This document shows positions 1 through 12,921 of a stretch of 64,000 nt of DNA, piece after piece (within the stretch, counting starts at the first letter, position 1; every line of letters begins with the position of its first letter). Source of the stretch: Eledone cirrhosa (Eukaryota); NCBI GenBank assembly GCA_964016885.1, contig OZ024761.1, positions 4,836,001 to 4,900,000 on the forward strand, in the 5' to 3' direction. The notes under the pieces are model-generated. The model was not told the DNA's origin and ran no database searches. It saw nothing but the letters and a program-made list of their open reading frames with translations. A program made the translations under genes and the position numbers.

Positions 1-1490
1 TAAGGTTGGACTGAGCAAACTATGGACCAGGATAAGGAGTGCTCTATATTCTGATGTTTAAGCTTCCAGACTAATTCAGAAAGTGCCGTGCTATTTTTTT
101 TATCTAATCTATTAAAGGTATGGCGGTGAATATACCATCTATCCTTAAATTCTGTGGCAGTTGCCCCAACATACCTAAAGGTTCTATCAGGAGTGGAGAC
201 CTTACAGTCGTAGACTATGTTTTTGGTAAGGCATTTCCCAGCCATGGGGCAGGTGGCGGTGCTTCTGCAGTTACATTTTTTGCTATCGACCTGGGTAGTT
301 CCAGATGGACCACGGTACCTTTGGGGTCTGGTCTCAGTTCCTGTCTGCTCTATTGGTAAATTCCCTGGGGTTGGGGAGACCCAACTCGCCTCACGTGTAT
401 GAGTCAGTTCCTCAATAGAGCTGCCATTGTTCCTGCCATGCCTAAATCCCTCATGGGCTGTCCTAAGTCTACTATAATTCATCTTAGCTATATTCTGAGC
501 TATGTTACTAGTTGTTGAATAGGACAGCTTGATGGTATTTCCATTGAATATTTTATAATATCTGTGCGATCTAGGGAAGCATTTGTCTAAGGCCCTAAAG
601 AAAAGCTTAGCTATATTAGTGGTCAGGCCAGTGGTGTAAGGGGGATTATACCACAGGACTTTTCTGGTCCGATGCCTCTTCTTCTTACTAACTATATTAG
701 AATTACCTGTCTCCCTAGTAGTTACTGGTCTATTGTAACTGGAAATTGCCTGTGGGTCGATGGTGTCCTGGGGTGTCACGATTGTGTTCGGAATCGTCTC
801 AAGTCTCCAGGGCGGTGTATCCCCCGTGCGGCCAATGGGATTACCCTCGATAGCCGGGGTTGTATCCACTCTGCGTCTGCTACACCTGTCCCTATTCCCC
901 TTACTCGACCCTCGTTCCATACTGCGTTCAACGGTAGTATTATTATTATTAGAGTTTCCGCTGGCGTTACGTTGCTCAGACCCCGTGTTAGTACCTGGGT
1001 GGTTGTTTCTATTGGTACCAACAGCATTGGGACTAGGCGGCAATGCAACATGAAGTCTATATAAATCCTCCCACGTATCACGCCTGCTGTTAACTAGAGT
1101 GTCACTATTTAGGCCTAAGCTATCGCAGGCAATGTAGCTTCTACTATTTAATGGACGTTTGAATGAGATTCCCTCGCTATGCCCCGCGCGTTTAAGGGCG
1201 CTATTATAGTAATTCGAGATCTTATTAAAGGTATCTTTATTGGAAGATAGTCCTGAAATTCTACTAGAGACGCTTTTGGTAATACCGTTAGTGACTATTC
1301 TAGGGGGGTTCGATTTTGCGTTGACATAGTTTAGATTCTCGTTGGGTTTGTGGTGGGGTTGGAAGAGTCCTGAATTGAGGTTAAGTGTAACATCTAGAAA
1401 ATTAACTATCTTTAAGTTCTCTCAAATACTATACTTAGGTCTATGCTCTTGAAGAATTTGCTAAGTTTTTTTCTCACCCTCTCTACCATA
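1..1490 (-). mobile_element. Naiad-type Penelope-like element, RT C-terminal half + GIY-YIG endonuclease (runs off window start; frameshift near 1420)
   Basis: Manual translation: open frame ~1418 to 1 with FLDVTLNL..KPNENLNYVNAKSNPP, RKVLWYNPPY..KLSYSTTSN, CNCRSTATCPMAGKC (CxCx5C), NIVY..YVGAT..FKDRW. Absent from the ORF track, probably because there is no stop inside the window. Confidence 0.88.
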
Positions 1491-1533
1491 CTACTACTTC
1501 TCTACCATATCAAGAATTTGAAGACAATTCATT

Positions 1534-1608
1534 TTCACTTGATGAGGTCAGTGATAATCGATCATGGCTTCACAATCGATCTATCACTTATTGAAACATG
1601 TGTCGTGA
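1534..1608 (+). ncRNA. Hammerhead ribozyme-like motif (C3->U variant) in the inverted pseudo-LTR of the adjacent PLE
   Basis: tcac TTGATGA ..agtgat...atcact.. GAAA catgtg TC gtga. Confidence 0.6.
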
Positions 1609-1848
1609 TTAAGTGATTGGAATTTTACCTTGCCTTCGGATTTTCATTTTGATACTAATACTCCGTTTTACATCATCTAGCTGTTCCCTTGAATGAAATT
1701 GGAGATATACAAAAGCGTGGAGAACTTAATATTGCTAACATAAAGTTATTGGACCATTTTACACAACCAATAATGCACCTTACTATATAACAACTATATA
1801 TATATGTGTATATATATGTGTGTGTGTATATATGTGAATATATGTGTA

Positions 1849-1910
<62 letters not shown>

Positions 1911-2024
1911 TAAGAGGAATTCCAACTTTGTCTGATTTACTCGTTTTATTTACAATCCTTTAAAATATATATAATGGTATTATAATGAAATAGTATGATA
2001 GAATATTAAATTCTAAGTGTTAAT

Positions 2025-2063
2025 TGAACAAGTACTTTCATGCTTTCGCAATCTTCAGGTTCA
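2025..2063 (-). ncRNA. Minimal type I hammerhead ribozyme
   Basis: Reverse complement of the 2139-2177 motif. Confidence 0.8.
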
Positions 2064-2138
2064 TGATATGTGGTGACAGTCGAGTTTGCAATTTTCAACT
2101 GTGTTGAAAATTGCAAACTCGACTGTCACCACATATCA

Positions 2139-2177
2139 TGAACCTGAAGATTGCGAAAGCATGAAAGTACTTGTTCA
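2139..2177 (+). ncRNA. Minimal type I hammerhead ribozyme
   Basis: tgaac CTGAAGA t tgc gaaa gca t GAAA gtac TT gttca; stem I tgaac/gttca, palindromic stem III AGTACT. Confidence 0.82.
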
Positions 2178-2347
2178 ATTAACACTTAGAATTTAATATT
2201 CTATCATACTATTTCATTATAATACCATTATATATATTTTAAAGGATTGTAAATAAAACGAGTAAATCAGACAAAGTTGGAATTCCTCTTATTAATATAA
2301 TCTTCTATACACAATCATACACACCCGTGTATATTTACCTATCTATA

Positions 2348-2401
<54 letters not shown>

Positions 2402-2427
2402 ATAGATATATAGATATATATATATGT

Positions 2428-2465
<38 letters not shown>

Positions 2466-2490
2466 ATATATGTGAATGTATGTATATATA

Positions 2491-2533
<43 letters not shown>

Positions 2534-3825
2534 ACAAATGTGTGTGTAGTGTGTATATGTGTATATATATATGTATATATATATGTATATGTATGTGTAT
2601 ATATGTATATATATATATATATTTATGTACATATATATATGTGTGTGTATATATATATAAATATATGTATATGTATGTGTATATATATATATATATGTAT
2701 ATATATATGTGTGTGTGTGTATGTGTATGTATGTATATGTGTGTATGTATATATATATGTATATGTGTGTATATATATGTATATATATATATATATGTAT
2801 ATATGTATATATATTTGTGCATGTGTATTTATGCATTTTGTATATGTGTATATATGTGTATTTCTGTAGATGTGTTTGTATATGTTTGTATATGTGTATA
2901 TTTATATGTATATATATATACATATGTGTATATATATGTGTATATGTGTATGTATATGTATATATGTGTATATATATATATATATATAGTAACGTTCTAT
3001 TACCCACTCTACTACCCTAAGTATTGAGTACTTTGGTGCGTTATGGTCCACCTGGTTCCTTACCACATTTCCTTCGTTATATATATATGTATATATATGT
3101 ATATATATGTATATATATGTATATATATGTGTATGTGTGTGTGTGTGTGTGTGTGTATATGTGAATATATGTGTATATATCTATATCTATAAATTTCGTG
3201 GTAGTTTCTTTAGTATTTTGGCCCCATTTGTTGACCCGTCACCGTATGATTTACGTACTTATACCTCTTAAAAGGGTCCTTGCCTATATCGTCCCACCTA
3301 GTTTATTTACTTATTTCGTTATTTCTTTCTTTATTTCTTTCTTTCTTTCTTTATTTATTTTATTTCTTTCTTTATTTATTTATTTAGCCTAACAATAGCT
3401 AGAGACTTAGATCGTTGAACTTGCTTTACTTTTTTCTTTACACTCATTCGCTTTCCATCACTCTCAGTATTTTTTCTTTCCTATATATTTTTACCCCCCA
3501 TTGTTCTACCTACCGTTCCGACTTCCTCCCCCAACCCCCTCCCCAGTATCTTCTTTGACCTCATGCCCAGCTGTAGCTGGCACTACCAACGCATGATTGG
3601 GTCTACTCCACCCCCTCCCCTGTTTCTCCTACTGAGAGGTTTAGCCACCATCTCCCCTACTAATTTGCAATCACAGAATTACTACTGACTTTTGACAATC
3701 ACTTTGACCATATATGGAATTACCCCTTGAGAAGATCGGCTATTTAAATACCAGGATAAATTTTCATTTAGTCCAGAATTAGCCGTCGAAACGGCTTGAA
3801 CTCAGCCGTCGGGGTCTTACTGGTT

Positions 3826-3891
<66 letters not shown>

Positions 3892-3951
3892 TATATAAAT
3901 GTATGTGTATATATATATATATGTATATATGTATATATATGTGTATGTATG

Positions 3952-3988
<37 letters not shown>

Positions 3989-4061
3989 GTATATATATAT
4001 ATATATATGTGTGTATATATATATATAAATATATGTATATGTATGTGAATATATATATATG

Positions 4062-4097
<36 letters not shown>

Positions 4098-4309
4098 TAT
4101 GCGTGTGTGTGTGTATGTATGTATATGTGTGTGTATGTATATATATATGTATATGTGTGTATATATATGTATATATATATGTATATATGTATATATATTT
4201 GTGTATGTGTATTTTTGTATATGTGTATATATGTGTATTTCTGTAGATGTGTTTATATATGTGTATATGTGTATGTATATGTATATATGTGTGTATATAT
4301 ATATATATA

Positions 4310-4366
<57 letters not shown>

Positions 4367-4427
4367 GTATATATATGTATATATATGTGTACGTGTGTGT
4401 GTGTGTATATATGTGAATATATGTGTA

Positions 4428-4486
<59 letters not shown>

Positions 4487-4660
4487 GTATATGTGTATAT
4501 ATATATATATGTATATATGTATGTATATGTGTATGTATGTATATATATATATATATGTATACATATGTGTGTATATGTGTATATATATATATGTATATAT
4601 ATATATTTACACATACATATACATATATATGTATGTGTATGTGTATATATGTATATATAT

Positions 4661-4784
4661 ATACACATATGAGTTAAGGCTCTATTGATTTTTCCCTAGA
4701 TTTCACTAAATTCTGTTGGATAAGTCCAACAGAATTTAGTGAAATCCAGGGAAAAATCAATAGAGCCTTAACTCATATGTGTAT
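4661..4784. repeat. Short palindrome (~60-bp arms, 4-nt loop) in (TA)n, probable truncated PLE terminus
   Basis: gagttaaggctctattgatttttccc..ctgttgga taag tccaacag..gggaaaaatcaatagagccttaactc. Confidence 0.75.
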
Positions 4785-4785
4785 A

Positions 4786-4816
<31 letters not shown>

Positions 4817-4824
4817 TTATGTAT

Positions 4825-4886
<62 letters not shown>

Positions 4887-4911
4887 ATATATATATAAAT
4901 ATATGTATATG

Positions 4912-5022
<111 letters not shown>

Positions 5023-5035
5023 ATATATGTATATG

Positions 5036-5105
<70 letters not shown>

Positions 5106-5290
5106 TATGTATATATGTATATATATCTATATATATATCTATATCCTGATTCTTTTTGAATTGAGTTTGAATTATTTTTCCCACATCTTACGTTAACTAT
5201 ATTCCCATTTTGACGCTATAGTCACTTATATATTATGAAATACTGTTCGCTTCTCGCTACAATACTTTCAATACCTTTCATTTATACATT

Positions 5291-5355
<65 letters not shown>

Positions 5356-5358
<3 letters not shown>

Positions 5359-5877
5359 GATAAATCTACCAAGAGTTTACGGTAGTGTCCAATCCGTATG
5401 AAGAACTCAATGTATTCCGGATATCATGGAAAGAAGAGATGTAATGAAAAATCACTTTCGGTGAAAGATAAACGGTATACAGAGTCAAGATAAAATATTA
5501 AACAAATAATGAATAAACAATTCCTTATATTAAACAAAAAAAGTTCATTATTTAACGATCGTTTCTAGGATATATATGTGTTAGAATTGGTATGCATATT
5601 CAACAGATCTATGTACAAAATTATACAAAATTATACAAATTATCAAGATTAAATATACATACCAACACATATATACGCCGTCTTATTTCTGAAGACGGCG
5701 TATATATGTGTTGGTATGTATATTTAATCTTGATAATTTGTATAATTTTGTATAATTTTGTACATAGATCTGTTGAATATGCATACCAATTCTAACACAT
5801 ATATATCCTAGAAACGATCGTTAAATAATGAACTTTTTTTGTTTAATATAAGGAATTGTTTATTCATTATTTGTTTA

Positions 5878-5886
<9 letters not shown>
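5356..5886. mobile_element. Fold-back mini-element (~195-bp arms) with one-sided tail
   Basis: Arms ~5490-5684 and ~5692-5886; flanked by (TA)n. Confidence 0.8.
5683..5828 (+). ncRNA. Hammerhead ribozyme with ~115-nt stem II insertion
   Basis: ttattt CTGAAGA [tatatatgtgttgg...ctaacacatatata] GAAA cgatcg TT aaataa. Confidence 0.75.
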
Positions 5887-5932
<46 letters not shown>

Positions 5933-6073
5933 ATATATTTATATATTTATGTATATATATATATATGTGTGTATTTCTGTAGATGTGTTTGTATATGATT
6001 GTATATGTGTATATTTATATGTATATAGATATATGTGTATATATATATATGTGTATATGTGTATGTATATGTA

Positions 6074-6158
<85 letters not shown>

Positions 6159-6267
6159 ATGTATATGTATATATATACATATATATATATATATATGTGT
6201 GTATATATGTATATATACATATATATATATGTATATATATGTATGTATATATATATATATATATATT

Positions 6268-6369
<102 letters not shown>

Positions 6370-6693
6370 AAGTTGCTTGTTTTTTCCTATCTTTGCGTTG
6401 CTATCAATCCTTCTTGTTTGTTTACTTGTCTCGCCCGCTTTACGCGATTTACTTGTCCCAATAGCTTTATTTAGCTATTGCTCGCACCAACCGGAGGTAT
6501 ATGATTTTTAAAGCGATGAAATACCAATGAAGGCTGGAAAATCACTGACGAAGGACTATTTTTATCATATGTAACACATGTGCAACCATGCAGTATTCTT
6601 TCTTTCTCATGTTCTTATATATATATATATATATATATATGTGTGGGGGGGGGGGGGGTCTATGTGGGTGTGGGTGTGTGAATGTGTCTGTTG

Positions 6694-7046
6694 ACACCTG
6701 GAATGTAGCTTAAGAGAAACATGACAATAATGATATGATAGGCACCCAATATTTTGAACTGGTTTATAGAATTCTCTTGGCCTTTGTCACTCTAAGTAGA
6801 GCTTTAAAGAATTAGCTTTTAAAGAATTTCCCTTTTCTTTAAATCCATCAACCATGACCGATCCCAATGATCTTATAGACACCTGAAATATAGGCATTGT
6901 TAGCTTAAGAGAAACTTAAAAATAATGAGTGGCACCCTAATCTGAACTTGTTTATAGAATTCTTTCTGCCTTTGTCACTCTAAATATAAATTATAGCCTT
7001 AAAGAATTAGCTTTTAATGAATTCTCTTTTCTTTCAACCAATGACC
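6694..7046 (+). repeat. Diverged tandem duplication, ~185-bp unit x2
   Basis: gacacctg..tagcttaagagaaac..tttatagaattct..cctttgtcactctaa..aaagaattagcttttaa at ~6694 and ~6878. Confidence 0.7.
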
Positions 7047-7199
7047 TCCACCCACCCCACTCCCCACCCTCTCCTACCACCTGAAAAGATATAAATTCCA
7101 CAACATTTATTTTGGAAAGCCAGATTCCTGATGATTTCTAAAGAATGAAACAGTTCTAGTCCTGTAGAATCTCATCTATATTAAAACTTTTATACTCTG

Positions 7200-7337
<138 letters not shown>

Positions 7338-7640
7338 TATGATGAGGACTTACCTGTTGCATAACAGTTATCACCGAAATATGTATAACAGCGAATAAGA
7401 ATAAACGAGGTTAATTTTAACCTGGTGACTTACACTTCTTGCTTTTAAATTACTCTGGAGTAAATAGACCCACTTGCACATATCGTCGAGTGCTTTACCT
7501 TACATACTGAAGTGACGGTAATTAACCAACTCATACTCAAATTAATATAGATATAGTTTGGATCTAGCTGTCAAACACCCAAAGCTCAGCTTCGGGGTCC
7601 TGACTCTTTTTCTATCACCCTCTATTACCCTAAGTATTGA

Positions 7641-7671
<31 letters not shown>

Positions 7672-7824
7672 TATAGATTTTGAGTATATGTTGGTTGTAT
7701 ACCAATACCTCAGTATGCAGGCTGGAGCACTCGACGAAGTGCGCAGGTTATTTTGGTTACTCCGGAGTAATGTAAAATAAAGTTAAATAAAAAGTCAAAT
7801 GTTTAAAATTTAGCTTCGTTTATT

Positions 7825-7879
7825 ACTGCTATATATATTTCAGTGACAGCGATCTTTGGTTGTGACCTCTTCAGGCAGT
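7825..7879 (-). ncRNA. Minimal hammerhead ribozyme
   Basis: actgc CTGAAGA..GAAA tatata TA gcagt on the minus strand. Confidence 0.78.
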
Positions 7880-7997
7880 TTGAATTAGTGTGGTATAGAC
7901 AAGTAGATATGTTGTTGAGGTGTATAATTTTGTCAATACCCTGATATGTCGAGTTCCTGGTTGGGTTGTTATTTCACTGAGGAACTGAATCATTCAA

Positions 7998-8052
7998 ACT
8001 GCCTGAAGAGGTCACAGCCAAAGATGGCTGTCACTGAAATATATATAGCAGT
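7998..8052 (+). ncRNA. Minimal hammerhead ribozyme
   Basis: actgc CTGAAGA ggtc acagcca aaga tggctgt cact GAAA tatata TA gcagt. Confidence 0.82.
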
Positions 8053-8112
8053 AATAAACGAAGCTAAATTTTAAACATTTGACTTTTTATTTAACTTTAT
8101 TTTATTTAACTT

Positions 8113-8154
<42 letters not shown>

Positions 8155-8156
<2 letters not shown>

Positions 8157-8756
8157 AATGGAAAAGAATAAAACGAAATTTCATTTCTCATTCTTAGTAC
8201 GGCTGATACTTAAATGTAAGTATGTATGTATACGTACATACATATATGTATACAGACGTACAGTAGTATGTATATACATACATACATGCACACATATATA
8301 TATGTACGTATGGGTTTACCGAACATTTCTTATAATGTTCGGTTTGTTTGTAAACAAACAAACAGCCCGAATTACGCTGTACAGTGTTCAGGAAACCAAC
8401 TCACTCGACTAACTCACTCGATATGCAAATTAGGCTGCTCAGCCGTTAATATGCATAATGAAAGTATATACTTTCAGACGTTCAATCATCTGGCAGGAAG
8501 GTATACGATGCTGACGATAGCTAATAAGCTTGAAACTAGTACATCGTTCCGGTGTCAGTGTTGAACAAAAAGGCGACGATGGTTGCCGAACACGGTACAG
8601 CGTAATTCGGGCTGTTTGTTTGTTTACAAACAAACCGAACATTATAATAAATGTTCGGTAAACCCATACGTACATATATTTATGTGTGCATGTATGTATA
8701 TATATACATACTACTGTACGTCTGTATTCATATATGTATGTACGTATACATACATA

Positions 8757-8757
<1 letters not shown>
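8155..8757. mobile_element. Inverted-arm mini-element (arms ~8220-8389 and ~8588-8757) with a hammerhead in the spacer
   Basis: ~170-bp inverted arms, left-side tail, (TA)n flanks. Confidence 0.8.
8505..8547 (+). ncRNA. Minimal hammerhead ribozyme
   Basis: acgatg CTGACGA t agct aata agct t GAAA ctag TA catcgt. Confidence 0.87.
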
Positions 8758-8828
<71 letters not shown>

Positions 8829-8835
<7 letters not shown>

Positions 8836-9275
8836 ATACTTGGGGAGGATCATATTGTTATAATATTCCCAGAAATAATAACAGAACACACTCACTGTTT
8901 GGTTGGTTTTCGCTTCTGTATCTTTTATATCTCCATAGTTAATTTATTTGGCAATCAATGTTTATCATACAGATATAAATATATATATGTAGGCTATCAA
9001 AGTTCTTTCGTTGCACGTCTGCAACATCATCAGTGGTACTATTATGTTTCCTCCTATATTTATATCTGTATCTTTAACCGTTGGTCAATCAGTGATAAAC
9101 ATTGATTGCCAAATAAATTAACTATGGAGATATAAAAGATACAGAAGCAAAAACCAACCAAACAGTGAGTGTATTCTGTTATTATTTCTGGCAATATTAT
9201 AACAATATGACCCTCCCCAAGTATAACAATATTTGTTTCGACACACGATTTCATATCAAAAACCTTTCAAAACAA
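8829..9275. mobile_element. Fold-back 3' end of the PLE family at 19313-22648
   Basis: Arms end in atatgaccctccccaagtataacaatat, as at ~22620-22648. Confidence 0.82.
8996..9038 (-). ncRNA. Hammerhead ribozyme
   Basis: cca CTGATGA t gttgca gacg tgcaac GAAA gaac TT tga; stem I weak. Confidence 0.72.
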
Positions 9276-10325
9276 ATATATATATGTGTCTGTGTCTGGT
9301 GTGTGTGTGTGTATATATATATGTGTGTGTGTGTGTATGTATGTGTGTGTATGTATGTGTGTACGTGTATGTGTATGCATGTGTGTGTGGTGTGTATGTA
9401 TGTGTGTGTGTCTATGTATGTGTGTGTATGTGTGTGTATGTATGTGTGTATGTATGCGTGTGTGTGTATGCAAGTGTGTGTGAATGTGTGTGTGTATGTG
9501 TATGTGTGTATGTATGTGTGTATGTATGTGTGCATGTGTATGCATGTGTGTGTGAATGTGTGTGTGTATGTGTGTATGTGTATGCGTGTGTGTGTATGTA
9601 TGTATGTGTGTGTATGTATGTGTGTGTATGTGTGTGTATGTATATATGTATGCATGCGTGTGTGAATGTGTGTGTGTATGTGTGTGTGTGTATTGTGTTT
9701 CCTTGCTCATCAAATGTTACTCGTCAACTTATGTGAATATAATAATAAAGATTTGTTTCATAAAAGATACTATTTACATTAGTTTAGAATAAAGGAATCG
9801 TGTATTAAGACCAGTTGTCGGGCGACACTACTAGACATGGTCTTTATAAACTCTCAGCATGGCTTCTTTACATTCCTACTATCCTTTCAGGTATTTTACA
9901 GGTATTTCTTAATCCTCACTGCCGCTACACTCTATTCATCTCCACTTAATATTGAGCAGATCGGTGCTACACGCGTGACCTCATTTACAGTCTGACTGAG
10001 GTTTTAGGTGTGAGAGAAAGCGTTAAAAACACCTCAATATTCTTGTGCTTAAGCAAAGTCTCCATCGGAATCTTTGCTTAAAATTCCGTCGGCGACGTCT
10101 TCAGGTAGTGTGAACATAATAGATTTCATTAAGTAAACTTTACTGGGGTACAGCATAAACAAGAAAAAAATCAAAGAGTTACTGATACGGAAACGGTGGG
10201 ACTAGAGATGTGACCACCAAGACGGTCAGCGTCCGAATATTGTAACCAGAATTCTGGCCATTATAAGTTAGTTACTATGGTAATATCTAACTATCTTTCA
10301 CTCACAGTCTCCCCCTCTCTCTCTC

Positions 10326-10412
<87 letters not shown>

Positions 10413-10727
10413 TCTCAACATTTCGTATGGGAAATGGTTTACGAACAAGTTTTGATGACGGCCTTCAGGAATGAATTAAGTTTGTGAACAGAGGTTCGAT
10501 CGTATAACATGAATTATGATGAAGACAAGACACAATAGCTGCCAATATTTGACGCATGTGACCAATATTTGATATTCTTGTCATCAAACCTTCAAATTAA
10601 AGTTGCACGAAATAATCGGCAAATAATCAGCATCGGCAATACCATAATGGGCATTAAAAGTGGAAGTGGTCAAACATCGGGTAAAATGCGTTGCTGTATT
10701 TTTTTTTTACTTCTACATTCTGAGCTG

Positions 10728-10865
10728 AAAACTCGCCGAAGTCAACTTTGCCTTTCATCTTTCCTGGGTCGATAACATATAGTACCAGTCAAGTACTGGG
10801 GTCAATTTAATCAAATTTGCCCTGACCCACAAAATTTGGTGGCTTTGGGCCTCAGTTAGAAACCG
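10728..10865 (+). mobile_element. tRNA-derived SINE, 5'-truncated and diverged
   Basis: gtcaactttgcctttcatc..gtcgataa..gtaccagt..ctggggtc motif shared with 8 other copies. Confidence 0.75.
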
Positions 10866-11371
10866 ATATCGTGATACGCATTTCCATATCACAGTACATA
10901 ATAGAATCATAGATAATTGGTGACTTATTAATCTGTATCGGCTGTTAAAGAGTCAAGCCCGATTAATCGGTAATCGGTAAGCGGCAGGCTTGCTAATTGG
11001 TGTATACCTACATCAAACCATTCCTATGGAAAAACCCAGCCGACAATTGTTTCGTTGTTCTTTATTTGATTTGTTTTTTCTGTACGTTTCTATAATTATT
11101 CTGTTATCTAACAGATTCAACGCCTGACACTTTATCAGTCTTAATACATTGTTGTTGAAAGACGGTCATTTCTACATCCAACAGCCCTTCATGCTAGTGT
11201 CACGGTCACTTCTACATCCAGCAGCCAGATCTCACGTGTATTCAACCAACACTGTCACCAACAGCCCTCCATGCTAGTGTCAGGCCTTTAAAACGTTCAC
11301 ATGAAACAATCTTAAAGATAAATTCACATTCCTTCATACATAAAAAAAAATTCCAGTTACTAGATGCGTGG

Positions 11372-11416
<45 letters not shown>

Positions 11417-11465
11417 TATATCTATCTATGCACATTCACATACACATACATATACATACATTTAT

Positions 11466-11532
<67 letters not shown>

Positions 11533-11743
11533 TACATACATACATTTATGCATATATATATATATATATATATACATACGTACAATACATACATACATAT
11601 ATATATATATACATGCATACATAAATGCATACACACGTATATACAAAACATACATATATATATATATATACACACACGCATGCATACATACGTACATGCA
11701 TACATGGTGGCTGCCAACATACATACATACATACATACATACA

Positions 11744-11809
<66 letters not shown>

Positions 11810-11923
11810 TATATACATACATACATACACACATACATACACACACATACATATACATACATACACACATACATACACTCACATACATATACATACATAC
11901 ACACATACAGACATACACATACA

Positions 11924-12510
11924 TATGGTGGCTGCCAACTCGTTTTCGAGTACGGCCACTACTTTATATCCATGTAGGAGAACCCCTACCGATGCGTTGA
12001 ACGAGTGTGACTTTTTAGTCCAGCCAGCGACTTGAAAACTCTGGTACAAACACTACACTTGTGACAATTATTGACACATAGTGCTGGGCCCATGGTACCA
12101 TGTGACGACAAGTGCAGAGAGATCTCCAGATATAAAGCAATGCCTGTGCCGTGAAGCTTTTATAGTGAGCAAATTCACTGCACAAAGCCAGTCCCACTCT
12201 CTTAACCAAGATGATATTTACCAATAAGAAGAACAAGTCAACATCATTGGATACCATCAGAGTTGCAGGTGTTATATCAGAGTTTTCCTTCTCCTAGAAT
12301 TCTGCCTTGACAAAGGCTAAGGGGTCATCTCTCCCGGAGATTTTGGATGGCCATTGACTCTTAAGAGCTCCTTTGCCCTTTGACAGGTTTTGTTTTTAGT
12401 CCTGCAGGATGTCCAAAGTCACCCTCCTCACCAAGAAGCCTTGGTGGGGTTGCCAGTTTAGTCGCCAACGACCCGACCATGAAACAGGTTGTACTGGGAT
12501 ACACGTTACC
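11924..12510 (-). mobile_element. Non-autonomous RTE-derived element (~590 bp), copy 1
   Basis: Near-identical to 24896-25450 and 51516-52130; (CATA)n tail. Confidence 0.85.
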
Positions 12511-12779
12511 ACATACATGTATGTATGCTTGTATATATATATACAAGCATACATACATATATACAAGCATACATACATACACACACATATACACACATAT
12601 ATACATACATTTATGCATACATACATAAAATAATATATATATATATGCAGAGGTTATATTTAATTTGTTGGGATTCAACAAGCTTAAAAATGTTTATAAC
12701 TGATATAAAGCACTCAACAGTTAGTGGAGTAAATACACAATATATTAATAAATGGAAACTATATTTATAAAATCATATT

Positions 12780-12845
12780 TATTTTATTATACATATTTCA
12801 AGGGCAACCAACGCAAATTATGGTGCGCTTTCATCAGATAAAATA
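12780..12845 (-). ncRNA. Hammerhead ribozyme in the inverted pLTR
   Basis: Reverse-complement copy of 14870-14935. Confidence 0.78.
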
Positions 12846-12921
12846 CAGATTTGTTTTATAAATAAATAAATATTGACATACCCATAGAGCAGGCTATAGT
12901 AATAAAATTAAATACATTGAT

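Larger units (their letters stand above)
1903..2340. mobile_element. Fold-back PLE-terminus mini-element, ~197-bp perfect inverted arms, in (TA)n
   Basis: Arms ~1903-2099 and ~2103-2299; ~40-nt one-sided tail to ~2340; each arm carries a hammerhead. Confidence 0.85.
7680..8110. mobile_element. Fold-back hammerhead mini-element (family shared with 7341-7545 and 42570-42960)
   Basis: Arms ~7775-7885 and ~7993-8105; tail 7680-7775 homologous to 7445-7540 (reverse) and 42570-42660. Confidence 0.8.

Noticed and set aside
6544-6560. Isolated CTGACGA (also CTGATGA at ~32488)
   Set aside because: No downstream stem II-GAAA-UH arrangement.
8220-8757. MITE with long TIRs
   Set aside because: The one-sided tail and internal hammerhead match the PLE fold-back architecture instead.
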